Source of the DNA: Oscillospiraceae bacterium
Lineage (GTDB): Bacteria; Bacillota; Clostridia; Oscillospirales; Oscillospiraceae
Assembly (NCBI GenBank): GCA_015068305.1
Contig: SVKV01000010.1
Location: 902 to 64,901, forward strand
Length of the DNA: 64,000 nucleotides
Reading direction: 5' to 3'
Part shown: one piece after another, positions 54,905-64,000 of the stretch
Layout: the number at the start of each line of letters is the position of its first letter
How positions within the stretch are numbered: position 1 is the first letter of the stretch
Notes under the pieces: model-generated
The model's input: only the letters and a program-made list of their open reading frames with translations
Databases searched by the model: none
Told to the model about the DNA's origin: nothing
Made by a program: the position numbers and the translations under genes

Positions 54905-55483
54905 ATGTGTGATGTACAGCGATGCCGATGGTGCAATCTGAAAAATCCGGTTTATGTGGAGTACCACGACCGGGAATGGGGTGTTCCGCAATATGTGGAC
55001 GGAACACTCTTTGAGTTTCTGATTCTGGAACTTTTCCAGGCGGGACTTTCCTGGGAGATCATTCTGAATAAACGGGAGGATTTTCGCCGGGCATTCGAGG
55101 GATTCGACCCCGAGATCATCAAAAATTACGGTGTTGACAAAATTGAAGCTCTGATGAAGGACGCTTCCATTGTCCGGAACCGGAGAAAGATCGATGCTGC
55201 AATTCAGAATGCAGGGGTCTTTCTTGCGATTCAGAAGGAATGGGGGAGTTTCTCCGAATATATCTGGCACTTTACCGAAGGAAACGTGGTCTGTGAGTGG
55301 GACCGGACAAATTCTCCGCTTTCTGACCGAATCTCCGCTGATTTGAAAAAGCGGGGCATGAAATTTATCGGAACCACCATTGTCTATTCCTATCTGCAGG
55401 CCATCGGCGTGATCAATTCCCATGAACCGGGATGTTTTCTGCATCAATCCTGTACACAGGGAAACCCGATAACTGATAAATAA
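54905..55483 (+). CDS. tag: DNA-3-methyladenine glycosylase I
   Basis: CRWC...YHDREWGVP...LFE.L.LE.FQAGLSW signature. Confidence 0.9.
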   Translation: MCDVQRCRWCNLKNPVYVEYHDREWGVPQYVDGTLFEFLILELFQAGLSWEIILNKREDFRRAFEGFDPEIIKNYGVDKIEALMKDASIVRNRRKIDAAIQNAGVFLAIQKEWGSFSEYIWHFTEGNVVCEWDRTNSPLSDRISADLKKRGMKFIGTTIVYSYLQAIGVINSHEPGCFLHQSCTQGNPITDK

Positions 55484-55505
55484 ATATATCATTATCGAAT
55501 GGTAC

Positions 55506-55535
55506 TGGACAAACCCATTTTCCTTGTGGTAAAAT
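55506..55535 (+). promoter_or_regulatory. Sigma-A-like promoter for the alcohol dehydrogenase gene
   Basis: TGGACA, 18-nt spacer containing TGn, then TAAAAT. Confidence 0.5.
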
Positions 55536-55601
55536 GTCAGCAAGCCTGGAATGAATCATAAGGCTCAACATGATACACACTAATTTTAGGAGGAATCATC
55601 A

Positions 55602-56744
55602 ATGGCAAATCGTTTTGTTTCCAATGCTATTTCCTACCATGGCAAGGGCGCCATCCAGGAGATCCCCGGCATCATCGCTGCCAAGGGCTTCCAGAAGGCA
55701 TTTATCGCCTCTGACCCGGATCTGGTGAAGTTCGGCGTTACCAAGAAGGTCACCGATCTGCTGGATGCTGCCGGCATGGCTTACTACATCTATTCCGACA
55801 TCAAGCCCAATCCCACCATCGAGAACGTTCAGTCCGGTGTTGCTGCCTACAAGGCATCCGGTGCAGATTACATGATCACCATCGGCGGCGGTTCCTCCAT
55901 GGATACCGGCAAGGCCATCGGCATCATCATCAATAACCCCGAGTTTGAGGATGTCCGCTCTCTGGAAGGCGTTGCTCCCACCAAGAACCCCACCGTCTAC
56001 ACCATCGCTGTTCCCACCACCGCCGGTACCGCTGCGGAGGCTACCATCAACTACGTCATCACCGACGTGGAGCGTAAGCGCAAGTTCGTCTGTGTCGACG
56101 TCAACGATATTCCCAATGTGGCCGTGGTTGACCCTGATATGATGTCTACCATGCCCAAGGGATTGACTGCCGCCACCGGTATGGATGCACTGACCCATGC
56201 CATCGAAGGCTATACCACCAAGGGTGCCTGGGCTCTGCCCGACTGCCTGAACCTGGAAGCCATCCGCCTCATCGCAAAGAGCCTCCGGGGCGCTGTGAAC
56301 AATGAGGACGAGGGCCGTGAGGGTATGGCTCTGGGCCAGTTTGTCACCGGTATGGCATTCTCCAATGTTGGTCTGGGCATTGCACACTCTGTTGCACATA
56401 CCCTGGGTGCTGTTTATGATACCCCCCACGGTGTTGCCTGTGCAATGATGCTGCCCATCGTCATGGAGTACAATGCCGACTGCACCGGCGAAAAGCTGAA
56501 GGCAGTTGCCGAGGCTATGGGTGTTGACACCACCGGCATGAGCCAGGATGAGTACCGCAAGGCAGCCGTTGACGCCGTTCGTCAGCTGTCTGTGGATGTG
56601 GGTATCCCCACCAAGCTGGACAAGATCAAGGAAGAGGATCTGGAGTTCCTGGCACAGTCTGCTTATGCTGACGCCTGCGCTCCCGGCAATCCCAAGGAAG
56701 CTTCCGTGGAAGACATCAAGGGTCTGATCCGCAAGCTGATGTAA
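55602..56744 (+). CDS. fucO: Iron-containing alcohol dehydrogenase, lactaldehyde-reductase (FucO)-like
   Basis: Near-collinear match, from memory, to E. coli FucO blocks (GADY.I.IGGGS..D..KAIGII.NNPEF.DVRSLEG; PTTAGTAAE.TINYVITD...RKFVCVD; ATG.DALTHAIEGY). Confidence 0.8.
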   Translation: MANRFVSNAISYHGKGAIQEIPGIIAAKGFQKAFIASDPDLVKFGVTKKVTDLLDAAGMAYYIYSDIKPNPTIENVQSGVAAYKASGADYMITIGGGSSMDTGKAIGIIINNPEFEDVRSLEGVAPTKNPTVYTIAVPTTAGTAAEATINYVITDVERKRKFVCVDVNDIPNVAVVDPDMMSTMPKGLTAATGMDALTHAIEGYTTKGAWALPDCLNLEAIRLIAKSLRGAVNNEDEGREGMALGQFVTGMAFSNVGLGIAHSVAHTLGAVYDTPHGVACAMMLPIVMEYNADCTGEKLKAVAEAMGVDTTGMSQDEYRKAAVDAVRQLSVDVGIPTKLDKIKEEDLEFLAQSAYADACAPGNPKEASVEDIKGLIRKLM

Positions 56745-56756
56745 TATGATAATAAG

Positions 56757-56787
56757 AACGCCGGGAGAAATCCCGGCGTTTTTTTAT
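56757..56787 (+). terminator. Intrinsic terminator
   Basis: Stem AACGCCGGGA/TCCCGGCGTT with loop GAAA, followed by TTTTTT. Confidence 0.9.
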
Positions 56788-56793
56788 GCAGGT

Positions 56794-56982
56794 TTAGTTT
56801 TCACGTTTCTCCACGGCGCCTTTGTGGCAGACGTTGAAGCAGGTGCCGCAAAAAACACATTTATTCTGATCGATCACATAGGGAACACCGATCTCAATGC
56901 AGCTTTCCGGGCACAGCAGGGCGCATCTGCCGCAGGCCACACACCGGTCTTCCGAAATGTAAAAGAACTGCTTATTTTCCAT
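56794..56982 (-). CDS. 4Fe-4S ferredoxin (2 x CxxCxxCxxxCP-type clusters)
   Basis: CVACGRCALLCP and CVFCGTCFNVC. SD AAGGAGGG upstream. Confidence 0.85.
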   Translation of the reverse strand: MENKQFFYISEDRCVACGRCALLCPESCIEIGVPYVIDQNKCVFCGTCFNVCHKGAVEKREN

Positions 56983-57061
56983 ATCAGCCCTCCTTTTTTA
57001 TCATAATATCACATTCGCCTGCGGATTGCAAAGTGTTTTGAGCAGATCGTAACAAATGTCT

Positions 57062-57097
57062 GCTAAAAAGAGGAGCTGTCTTTTGGACAGCTCCTCT
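57062..57097 (-). terminator. Intrinsic terminator of the lipoprotein gene
   Basis: Stem AGAGGAGCTGTCC/GGACAGCTCCTCT with a T-run on the minus strand. Confidence 0.85.
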
Positions 57098-57125
57098 ATA
57101 TCTGATGAATAATTCTATGATATAC

Positions 57126-58526
57126 TTAGCCGCCGACCGTGATCCACATAGCAGGGCGATAACAAAGAATATTATGACCAACATCACTGCCAAGGTAATC
57201 CAAAGCGCCATATTTCGCCCAGATAATCATTGCGCTAATCCGATTATGACCGGGACTACGCAGCCAATAGCATGGATCTTTGGAGCCGTATTCGATCGGT
57301 TGGTTGTAGGAATAGGTGGTGTAAGAGGCCTTGCGGTCTTCTTTGGTGGGCAGGTATTCTTCAACTTCTTCGAAGCTAAGGAAGAAAACATAATCCTGGG
57401 TGTCAGGACCACCGGTGACACCGGAGCGGGGGTTATCAGGATTTGTCAGATCGGAAAGCAGGATCCGTGCCTGCTCTTCCGGTGAGAAATTTTCCTTATA
57501 GAAAACCTCGTTACACCAGTATCTGGCATGGACATAGAAGATATCTGCTTCCGGGCCCCGCTCAGCATACCAGCCCTGGGGGACGGACTCAGGCGTCAGA
57601 CCGTCATAATACCGGGAGGGGGACTTGGGCAAGCTTCCCCAATAGTTGGAGGAAGAGGTTTCCGCGATGCAAGACTCGGCCCAGTAGGTGTATTTGAATT
57701 TGATCCACTCCGGATTGAAATAGGCGCCTCTGGTAAGGAGGTATTCAGAAAGAACAAGTGCCTTTCCGTCCTCTACGGTAAGTATCCGCCATTCAATGGG
57801 TTCAATAGTAGTATCATCGTTATCCTGTTCATACAGTCCCATGAGAAGCTTGTCTGCAACAGGAATTGCTTCCCAGAAGCGGGAATCCGTGGTCAAATCG
57901 TTGGTCAGCTCCACCTTGACGGCATACTGGCCGCCTTCAGTGGGAGTATAGACAAAGCAGTCTTCCGTGGTGGGCTCAGAGGTAAAAATCGGTTCGTCAT
58001 TCAAATAAACCGTATACACAAACTGGTTTTCGATGTCCTGTCCCGGCATCACATCAACTGCGCTCCAGGTGATGGGCAGACCGACACAGCCGTTATTTAC
58101 CGTATCACACTGGAGGGAGAATGCATCGAAATACACCCGGTCGTAGCCATGCTCTCTGGCAAACAGATCAGCAGTGCTGTCCAGATAACAGTGAAATACC
58201 ACATTTTCGGTGCCGGAGAAGGCATTTTCGTGGATGGTGATATCCATGGATGCGCAATAAAAGTTTTCCAGAGTATTGCAGTTGGCGAAAGCACCCTCAT
58301 CTATGTACTCCACGATTTCATCAATGGTAAATTCCGTGATGTCGCTTCCGTTAAAAGCATCTTTTTCGATTCTGGATCCATCGGGCTCTGTGGGTTCTGT
58401 GGGCACCGTAGGTGCAGCAGTAGGTGCGATTGTCGGGGACTGATCAGAATTGGAACAGCCACTTAACATAGTGAGCAGGATCAAAAGACAGGCCAACAAT
58501 GCAGCAGTAGGTTTGAAAATCCTCAT
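57126..58526 (-). CDS. Lipoprotein with leucine-rich-repeat (BspA-like) region and DUF6273-like C-terminal domain
   Basis: Lipobox LTMLSGC. LRR-like IDEGAFANCNTLENF...HENAFSG. C-terminal WRILTVEDGKALVLSEYLL ... YWLRSPG pattern. Confidence 0.7.
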   Translation of the reverse strand: MRIFKPTAALLACLLILLTMLSGCSNSDQSPTIAPTAAPTVPTEPTEPDGSRIEKDAFNGSDITEFTIDEIVEYIDEGAFANCNTLENFYCASMDITIHENAFSGTENVVFHCYLDSTADLFAREHGYDRVYFDAFSLQCDTVNNGCVGLPITWSAVDVMPGQDIENQFVYTVYLNDEPIFTSEPTTEDCFVYTPTEGGQYAVKVELTNDLTTDSRFWEAIPVADKLLMGLYEQDNDDTTIEPIEWRILTVEDGKALVLSEYLLTRGAYFNPEWIKFKYTYWAESCIAETSSSNYWGSLPKSPSRYYDGLTPESVPQGWYAERGPEADIFYVHARYWCNEVFYKENFSPEEQARILLSDLTNPDNPRSGVTGGPDTQDYVFFLSFEEVEEYLPTKEDRKASYTTYSYNQPIEYGSKDPCYWLRSPGHNRISAMIIWAKYGALDYLGSDVGHNILCYRPAMWITVGG

Positions 58527-58660
58527 GACTTTACCTCCAATATTATCTGTGGTTAATGCTATCCAGGTGGAAACCAGTCAATGAATCGATCACAACCGTC
58601 TTCTGGGCCCTTTCCGGCCCAAATGAAGCAGTAAGAGGATAGCGTTATCCTATGTTCCAT

Positions 58661-58688
58661 ATTGTAACATATAATTTCAAAATAGCAA
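58661..58688 (-). promoter_or_regulatory. Sigma-A-like promoter for the lipoprotein gene
   Basis: On the minus strand: TTGCTA, 16-nt spacer, TACAAT. Gives a leader of about 125 nt with two small hairpins. Confidence 0.5.
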
Positions 58689-58942
58689 TAAGATTATCTC
58701 TCGGCGCTCCTTTTTATCTTTTTCACAAAGCGTTGAAATGCAAATGAGTCGTCATATTCTGCTGATCTCGTTAATTCTCGCGATTGCGGTAATGGATCGC
58801 CTCATGGAACTGCTGCTCAAATTGACTGTTAAAGTGTTTCACTTTGCGACAGACAACAGAATTCGTCCGATATCGGCTTTTCCGTTGCGAAATCGATACG
58901 ATTATGATAGATTATAGGAAAAGGAATCAAGGGGTGCTGCTT

Positions 58943-59353
58943 ATGAGAAAACCGAACGTTGCTTTTGTCTGTGTTCATAATTCCTGCCGCAGCCAGATGG
59001 CAGAAGCGCTGGGAAAGAAGCTTGCTTCTGATGTGTTTGAAAGCCATTCTGCCGGTACGGAAACCAAGCCCCGGATTAACCAGGATGCGGTCCGTCTGAT
59101 GAAACAGGTTCACGGAATCGATATGGAGAAAACCCAATACAGCAAACTTCTTTCTGAATTGCCGGAGATTGACATCGTCATTACCATGGGCTGCAATGTG
59201 CAGTGCCCGTTCCTGCCCTGCAGGCATCGGGAGGACTGGGGGCTTGATGATCCCAGCGGTAAGGAAGATGAAGCTTTCCTCGATACCATGCAGCGGATCG
59301 AGGCTAAGATTCTGGATCTGAATCGAAGAATTGCGGAGGGGAGCATCGGATGA
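58943..59353 (+). CDS. arsC: Arsenate-reductase-type low-molecular-weight phosphatase (ArsC, thioredoxin-coupled family)
   Basis: CVHNSCRSQMAE (CX5R-S) P-loop. Downstream Cys pair GCNVQCP and DWGLDDP. No arsR or arsB nearby. Confidence 0.7.
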   Translation: MRKPNVAFVCVHNSCRSQMAEALGKKLASDVFESHSAGTETKPRINQDAVRLMKQVHGIDMEKTQYSKLLSELPEIDIVITMGCNVQCPFLPCRHREDWGLDDPSGKEDEAFLDTMQRIEAKILDLNRRIAEGSIG

Positions 59354-59892
59354 AGGTTATCTGCGTTGGAGATTCCAACACCTTCGGCTATGATCCCAGA
59401 TCAATGTTCGGGGATCCTTATAACCCGGAAAACCGCTGGGTGGACATTCTTGCGAAAAACACCGGCTGGAATGTTATAAATGAGGGTATAAATGGCAGGG
59501 AAATTCCGGATGAGTCTGTTTCCTTTCCTGCCGATACGGACCTGTTGATTATCATGCTCGGTACCAATGATCTGCTGCAATTCTGGACGCCGGAGTCAGC
59601 CTGCGAGAAAATGGAGCGGTTTCTGGAATCTCTTACGCTGGATCGGAAGAAGATTTTGCTGATTGCTCCGCCGCCTATGAAATTCGGTGAATGGGTTATC
59701 GACCAGGAGCTTATTGACGATTCCTTCGCTCTGGCTAAATGCTACAGAGACCTTGCAGAGGGCCTGGGCATCCGGTTTGCCGATTCAGGGGAGTGGATTA
59801 TCCCTCTTGCCTATGACGGCGTACACATGACAGAGGAGGGCCACAGGGCATTTGCCAGGGGCCTGATCAACTATTTAAACAAAGGAGAATGA
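59350..59892 (+). CDS. SGNH/GDSL-family hydrolase
   Basis: VICVGDSNTFG block I, GTND block, DGVHMT block V. Confidence 0.8.
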   Translation: MKVICVGDSNTFGYDPRSMFGDPYNPENRWVDILAKNTGWNVINEGINGREIPDESVSFPADTDLLIIMLGTNDLLQFWTPESACEKMERFLESLTLDRKKILLIAPPPMKFGEWVIDQELIDDSFALAKCYRDLAEGLGIRFADSGEWIIPLAYDGVHMTEEGHRAFARGLINYLNKGE

Positions 59893-59895
59893 ACT

Positions 59896-60354
59896 ATGCT
59901 GGAAACCGGTATGAAAGCACCTGACTTTACTTTGACTGACACAGACGGTAATTATGTCAGCTTATCCGACTTTCTGGGTAAGAAAGTCGTGTTGTATTTC
60001 TATCCCAAGGATAATACCCCCGGCTGCACCCGGCAGGCCTGCGCCTTTGCTGCTGCATATGAGGGCTTCAAAGTGAAAGATGTGGTGGTCATGGGTGTAA
60101 GCCGTGACAGCGTTGCTTCCCATCAGAAATTTGCCCGAAAGTATGATCTGCCCTTCATTCTGCTGGCCGACCCCGAATTGCAGGCCATTCAGGCCTACGG
60201 TGTCTGGCAGGAGAAGAAACTCTACGGAAAGGTCAGCATGGGTGTGGTGCGTACTACATTCATCATCGATGAGCAGGGCAATATTGAAAAGATCATGCCC
60301 AAGGTAAAGCCCGATACCAATGCTGCTGAAATCCTTAGCTATCTTGGAGCATAA
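59896..60354 (+). CDS. bcp: Thioredoxin-dependent thiol peroxidase (Bcp/PrxQ)
   Basis: YFYPKDNTPGCTRQAC peroxidatic Cys motif. Confidence 0.9.
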   Translation: MLETGMKAPDFTLTDTDGNYVSLSDFLGKKVVLYFYPKDNTPGCTRQACAFAAAYEGFKVKDVVVMGVSRDSVASHQKFARKYDLPFILLADPELQAIQAYGVWQEKKLYGKVSMGVVRTTFIIDEQGNIEKIMPKVKPDTNAAEILSYLGA

Positions 60355-60357
60355 ACC

Positions 60358-61113
60358 ATGAGAATTATCATTTCTCCCGCAAAGAAAATGAGGGTGGATA
60401 CGGATAGCCTGCTTTATCGGGATCTGCCTGACTGTTTAACCAGAACTGAAGAGCTTGTAAGGATTTTAAAGTCCATGTCTGATGCGGAGCTGAAAAAGCT
60501 CTGGAAATGCAACGACCAGATTGCGGGGCTCAATATCCACCGGCTGCAGAACATGGACTTACATAACCGTCTGACCCCGGCGGTGCTGGCCTATGAGGGC
60601 ATTCAGTATCAGTATATGGCTCCGGGGGTGTTTACGGAACAAGCCTTTGACTACATTCAGGAGCATTTGCGGATTCTATCCGGGTTTTACGGCATTCTGA
60701 GACCCTTTGACGGTGTGACACCTTACCGGCTGGAAATGCAGGCGAAGCTGCGGGTAGGGGAGTGGAAGGATTTGTACGCCTACTGGGGCGACAGTCTTGC
60801 AAAAAAGCTATTTTCGGAAACAGACTGCATCGTAAATCTGGCGTCCAAGGAATACAGTGTCTGCGTTTCTAAATACTTGCCTGCAAATGTGCGCTTCATC
60901 ACCTGTATCTTCGGGGAAGAAAAGAACGGAAAGGTGGTAGAAAAGGGTACCATGTGCAAGATGGCCCGGGGCGAAATGGTACGGTTTCTGGCAGAAAACC
61001 AGATAACCGACCCGGAAAAGATCAAGTCTTTCGACCGACTGAACTATCGCTTTGATCCTGTACGTTCTGATGATAATTTATTCGTATTTATCTTAAACGC
61101 AACCGGAGGTTGA
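60358..61113 (+). CDS. yaaA: Peroxide stress protein YaaA (UPF0246)
   Basis: MRIIISPAKKM start and size of about 250 aa. Confidence 0.85.
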   Translation: MRIIISPAKKMRVDTDSLLYRDLPDCLTRTEELVRILKSMSDAELKKLWKCNDQIAGLNIHRLQNMDLHNRLTPAVLAYEGIQYQYMAPGVFTEQAFDYIQEHLRILSGFYGILRPFDGVTPYRLEMQAKLRVGEWKDLYAYWGDSLAKKLFSETDCIVNLASKEYSVCVSKYLPANVRFITCIFGEEKNGKVVEKGTMCKMARGEMVRFLAENQITDPEKIKSFDRLNYRFDPVRSDDNLFVFILNATGG

Positions 61114-61114
61114 C

Positions 61115-61789
61115 ATGATTCCTTGTATTTCTGTAGAGAATATGCGGCTTAGTGATGCCTATACCATCGCCAATTTTGTGCCCAGCCTGGAGCTGATGTA
61201 CCGCGCTGCCATGGGTGTTTTCAAAGCGCATCACTGGGAGGGTACTACCGCCATTGTGGTAGGTTCCGGCAATAATGGCGGTGACGGTTTCGCCCTTGCC
61301 TGGATTCTGAAGGAAAAGGGCTTTGATTGTACTGTGTTTACGGTCAGCCAGCGGCTGTCTGATGACAGCGCCTATTATGCAGATCAGGCGAGGGAAGCAA
61401 ATGTTCCCGTCCGTCCCTTTGAAAAGGACTGTTTGACAGGATTCTCCAATGTAGTGGACTGCCTGCTGGGCACCGGTTTTTCCGGCACTGTCCGGGGAAA
61501 TTACGCAGATGCCATCGAATCGATCAATGAATCCGGTGCCTATATCGTCAGCGTGGATATTAACAGCGGCATGAATGGCGATACCGGCGAGGCGGAACTG
61601 GCTGTAGAATCCGATCTGACTGTAACCATTGGATTTGTAAAGTCCGGTCTGGTGTCAGACAATGCAGGTAAATACATGAAACGCCTGGTTTGCGCCGATA
61701 TCGGTATCGTTTTGGTTCGGGAAGAAGGCTGCATTTCGGATGAAAACTGCCCGCCATGGCTGGATTTGAATGTGATTTCTGCGATATAG
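61115..61789 (+). CDS. nnrE: NAD(P)H-hydrate epimerase (YjeF N-terminal domain only)
   Basis: VVGSGNNGGDGF and LLGTGF motifs. No C-terminal dehydratase domain. Confidence 0.8.
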   Translation: MIPCISVENMRLSDAYTIANFVPSLELMYRAAMGVFKAHHWEGTTAIVVGSGNNGGDGFALAWILKEKGFDCTVFTVSQRLSDDSAYYADQAREANVPVRPFEKDCLTGFSNVVDCLLGTGFSGTVRGNYADAIESINESGAYIVSVDINSGMNGDTGEAELAVESDLTVTIGFVKSGLVSDNAGKYMKRLVCADIGIVLVREEGCISDENCPPWLDLNVISAI

Positions 61790-61826
61790 ATTTAGAGCCG
61801 CCCGATTTGGGCGGCTCTGTGCATTT
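61790..61826. terminator. Bidirectional hairpin terminator
   Basis: Stem AGAGCCGCCC/GGGCGGCTCT between convergent genes. Modest T-runs. Confidence 0.65.
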
Positions 61827-63168
61827 ATTCGGATACTCGCTTGATCATGATAAAATAACTGGGCACCAGAATCAGATCGGCCCCTAACCATGCGGAAACC
61901 TCGGCAATGAAGATGCCGTTTTCGCCGATCAGTGCAGGCAGGAGCAGCACGCCTCCGGTACGCATAATAAACTCTGCAATACCGGAAACCATGGGAAGCA
62001 CGGTATTTCCCATACCCTGAACCGCGGAACGGGACACGTGGAGGATGTAAAGAATCGGCAGGCAGATGCTCATAATGGAAAGGTAGGTAAAACCAACCTG
62101 GGTTGCAGCCGCCACCTCTTCCGGTGTGCCGGAGATGAATGCACCCACAATGTGCTGTCCGAAAGCCAGCATCACCGCAGCAATCAGAGCAGAGGTCGCC
62201 AGAGCGACGGTGGTTGCCCATTTCATACCGGTTCGGATCCGGTCGATTTTTCCGGCTCCGAGATTTTGACCGACGTAGGTGATCATGGCATAGCCATAGG
62301 AGGTTGCGGCGATTTCCAGAACACCGTAGAGTTTATTGGCAGCGGTGAATCCGCCAATGAAGGCAACACCGTAGCCGTTAACAATACCCTGGATGATCAT
62401 GCCACCTATGGCGATGATGGCGTTTTGCGCTGCCATGGGTGATCCCAGGGACAGGAGCCAACGGGCCATGGCAGGCTTCAGGGTGAAATGAGATATATGC
62501 AGTGTCAGGAACTCGATCTTCTTGATTTTCAGAAGACAGTACACGCTGGAAATGCCCTGTGCGATAAGGGTGGCGATTGCAGCGCCTGCAATGCCCCAGC
62601 GGAACACCAGCACAAAGATCAGATCCAGAATGATATTGGAGATCGATGCCACGATCATGGCGTACAGAGGCGTCTGGCCGTCCCCAAGAGAGCGAAGGAT
62701 AGTAGCCAGCAGATTGTAGGCCATGACGATCGGAATTCCCAGGAACATGATCCGCAGATACAGCAGGGAACCGTCCATGATCTCCGGCGGTGTATTCAGC
62801 AGGGCAAGGATGGGCTCCGCTGCGATCTGCCCCAGAATCAGAAGCAGCAGGGCAGACAGCGCAGAAAGAGACACGGAGCTGCCTACTACACTACGCAGAC
62901 TTTCAAACTGTTTTGCACCGAACTCCCGGGCCATCAGGATTCCGAAACCCTGGGTCACACCCTGGATCATACCAAGCCACATCCAGTACAGCCAGTCCGT
63001 GGCCCCCAGCGCGGCCAACGCATCCACGCCCAGTGCTTTGCCTACCACCATTGTGTCAACAACGGTATATAATTGCTGGAATATATTGCCTGCCATCAGC
63101 GGCAGCGCAAAGGAAATAATCAGTTTCAGCGGTGAACCCGCTGTCATATCTTTAATTTTTGTGTTCAT
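61825..63168 (-). CDS. MATE-family efflux transporter
   Basis: Twelve-TM architecture and a typical MATE N-terminus (PLKLIISFALPLMAGNIFQQLY..VDT.VVG). Confidence 0.9.
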   Translation of the reverse strand: MNTKIKDMTAGSPLKLIISFALPLMAGNIFQQLYTVVDTMVVGKALGVDALAALGATDWLYWMWLGMIQGVTQGFGILMAREFGAKQFESLRSVVGSSVSLSALSALLLLILGQIAAEPILALLNTPPEIMDGSLLYLRIMFLGIPIVMAYNLLATILRSLGDGQTPLYAMIVASISNIILDLIFVLVFRWGIAGAAIATLIAQGISSVYCLLKIKKIEFLTLHISHFTLKPAMARWLLSLGSPMAAQNAIIAIGGMIIQGIVNGYGVAFIGGFTAANKLYGVLEIAATSYGYAMITYVGQNLGAGKIDRIRTGMKWATTVALATSALIAAVMLAFGQHIVGAFISGTPEEVAAATQVGFTYLSIMSICLPILYILHVSRSAVQGMGNTVLPMVSGIAEFIMRTGGVLLLPALIGENGIFIAEVSAWLGADLILVPSYFIMIKRVSE

Positions 63169-63249
63169 AATGAAACCTCTGTTGCAGAATCGACTGTTTC
63201 AGTTTATCATGTCCGGCTTCATTTTTCAATGGAGATCTGATTTTGAGGT

Positions 63250-63284
63250 AAAAAAGAAATCCGCACTGAATACTCAGTGCGGAT
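63250..63284 (-). terminator. Intrinsic terminator after cotJC
   Basis: Stem ATCCGCACTGA/TCAGTGCGGAT with a T-run on the minus strand. Confidence 0.85.
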
Positions 63285-63290
63285 CTTTCG

Positions 63291-63887
63291 TTACATATCA
63301 AATGCGGGGTTCATATAATAGATGTTCTTCTGGTTCAGTTTTTCCCGAAGCAGCTGAACCGCTTCCCCAAAGCGCTGGAAGTGTACGACCTCCCGCTCCC
63401 GGAGGAATTTGATCACATCGTTCACATCCGGATCATCGCTGAGCCGCAAAATGTTGTCGTAGGTTGTTCTGGCCTTCTGCTCAGCGCCCATGTCTTCCAC
63501 TAAATCCGTAAGGGGATCGCCTTTCACCTGCAGGAATGCGGCGGTAAAGGGTGTGCCGGATGCAGCCTGGGGATACACACCGACGGTATGATCCACAAAA
63601 TAGGGGGCGAATGCGGAATCCTGGATCTGGCTGTCTTTCAGATTCCGGGTCAGCTGATGGATGATGGAGCCCACCATCTCCAGATGGCCCAGTTCTTCCG
63701 TACCGATGTCGGTGAGCAAGCCTTTCAGCTGATCAAAGGGCATGGAATACCGCTGGGACAAATACCGCAGGGATGCTGCCATTTCACCGTCGGGTCCGCC
63801 GTACTGGCTGATGATGATGGCAGCCAGACGGGGATTGCACTTGTCAATTTTTACAGGATACTGCAGTTTCTTTTCATAACTGAACAT
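63291..63887 (-). CDS. cotJC: Manganese-catalase-family spore coat protein CotJC
   Basis: YPVK...NP..A..I..QYGGPDGE..A.LRYL.Q and GTEELGHLEM motifs. SD AGGAGG lies 7 nt before the ATG at 63887. Confidence 0.9.
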   Translation of the reverse strand: MFSYEKKLQYPVKIDKCNPRLAAIIISQYGGPDGEMAASLRYLSQRYSMPFDQLKGLLTDIGTEELGHLEMVGSIIHQLTRNLKDSQIQDSAFAPYFVDHTVGVYPQAASGTPFTAAFLQVKGDPLTDLVEDMGAEQKARTTYDNILRLSDDPDVNDVIKFLREREVVHFQRFGEAVQLLREKLNQKNIYYMNPAFDM

Positions 63888-63899
63888 ACTCACGCCTCC

Positions 63900-64000
63900 T
63901 TATTTGCCGCATATTCCCAGGGCCAGGGATCGTCCAGCCAGCGGTATTTACTGCCGTCGGTGGGCATTTTGTGGTTCATGGGGCCGCAGCGGTCCGTATA
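63900..64000 (-). CDS. cotJB: Spore coat protein CotJB (3' part; 5' end lies outside the window)
   Basis: C-terminus ...YRWLDDPWPWEYAANK matches the CotJB W..DPWPWE ending. Its stop overlaps the cotJC SD. Confidence 0.7.

Noticed and set aside
58744-58917. 57-codon ORF (MSRHILLISLILAIAVMDRL...) in the 416-bp spacer upstream of arsC
   Set aside because: No SD, and it lies in an AT-rich spacer and ends just before the arsC SD. It could be a small membrane protein, but nothing in the sequence supports it beyond an open frame. I also looked for an arsR-type gene or operator here and found none.
1-64000. Mobile element, prophage or defence island
   Set aside because: There is no integrase, transposase, recombinase, phage structural gene, restriction-modification gene, toxin-antitoxin pair, cas gene or other recognisable defence gene on either strand. 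Gene content and order are typical core-chromosome housekeeping and sporulation loci.

Overview
This looks like a core-chromosome window from a spore-forming, moderately GC-rich member of the Clostridia. Protein sequences resemble Oscillospiraceae/Ruminococcaceae; that placement is inference, and GC was judged by eye only. I can support about 85 CDS, two single tRNA-Pro genes (anticodons CGG and GGG, on opposite strands), and a set of promoter-like and hairpin-terminator sites.

Recognisable blocks:
- coaX, pgsA, asnB, pyk, a CarD-like regulator, spoIID and metA
- a radical-SAM pair (TIGR03960/TIGR03936)
- rplS-lepB-rbgA-rnhB-yraN
- tig-clpP-clpX-lon-engB
- tepA-like, uppP-like and ftsK/spoIIIE
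- a complete spoIIIAA-AH operon
- asp23-nusB-(tsaD paralog)-xseA-xseB-ispA
- a GH3 beta-glucosidase, tag and a fucO-like alcohol dehydrogenase
- an arsC-like/bcp/yaaA/nnrE redox-repair cluster
- a MATE pump and cotJB-cotJC

I found no rRNA, CRISPR array, transposase, integrase, prophage genes or recognisable defence genes. I cannot point to a clear new multi-gene system here.

The observations most worth a second look are small-scale:
1. A 28-bp-periodic triplet of tRNA-Pro 3'-end copies sits behind three stacked hairpins, just downstream of tRNA-Pro(GGG). It may be a fossil att site or a tRNA-derived RNA.
2. The leader of an RNHCP-domain gene carries two SD-preceded micro-ORFs (29 and 10 codons). 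It also has an anti-SD segment that could pair with either of two SD-like sequences.
3. A roughly 140-nt unit bounded by a promoter and a terminator lies next to pgsA and has no plausible ORF.
4. A threonine-synthase-like protein has lost the PLP-lysine motif and a central segment.
5. Several conserved operons of unknown function have cell-wall or sporulation context.

The very long antisense ORFs in the six-frame track (up to 1176 aa) are treated as shadow ORFs of the real genes.
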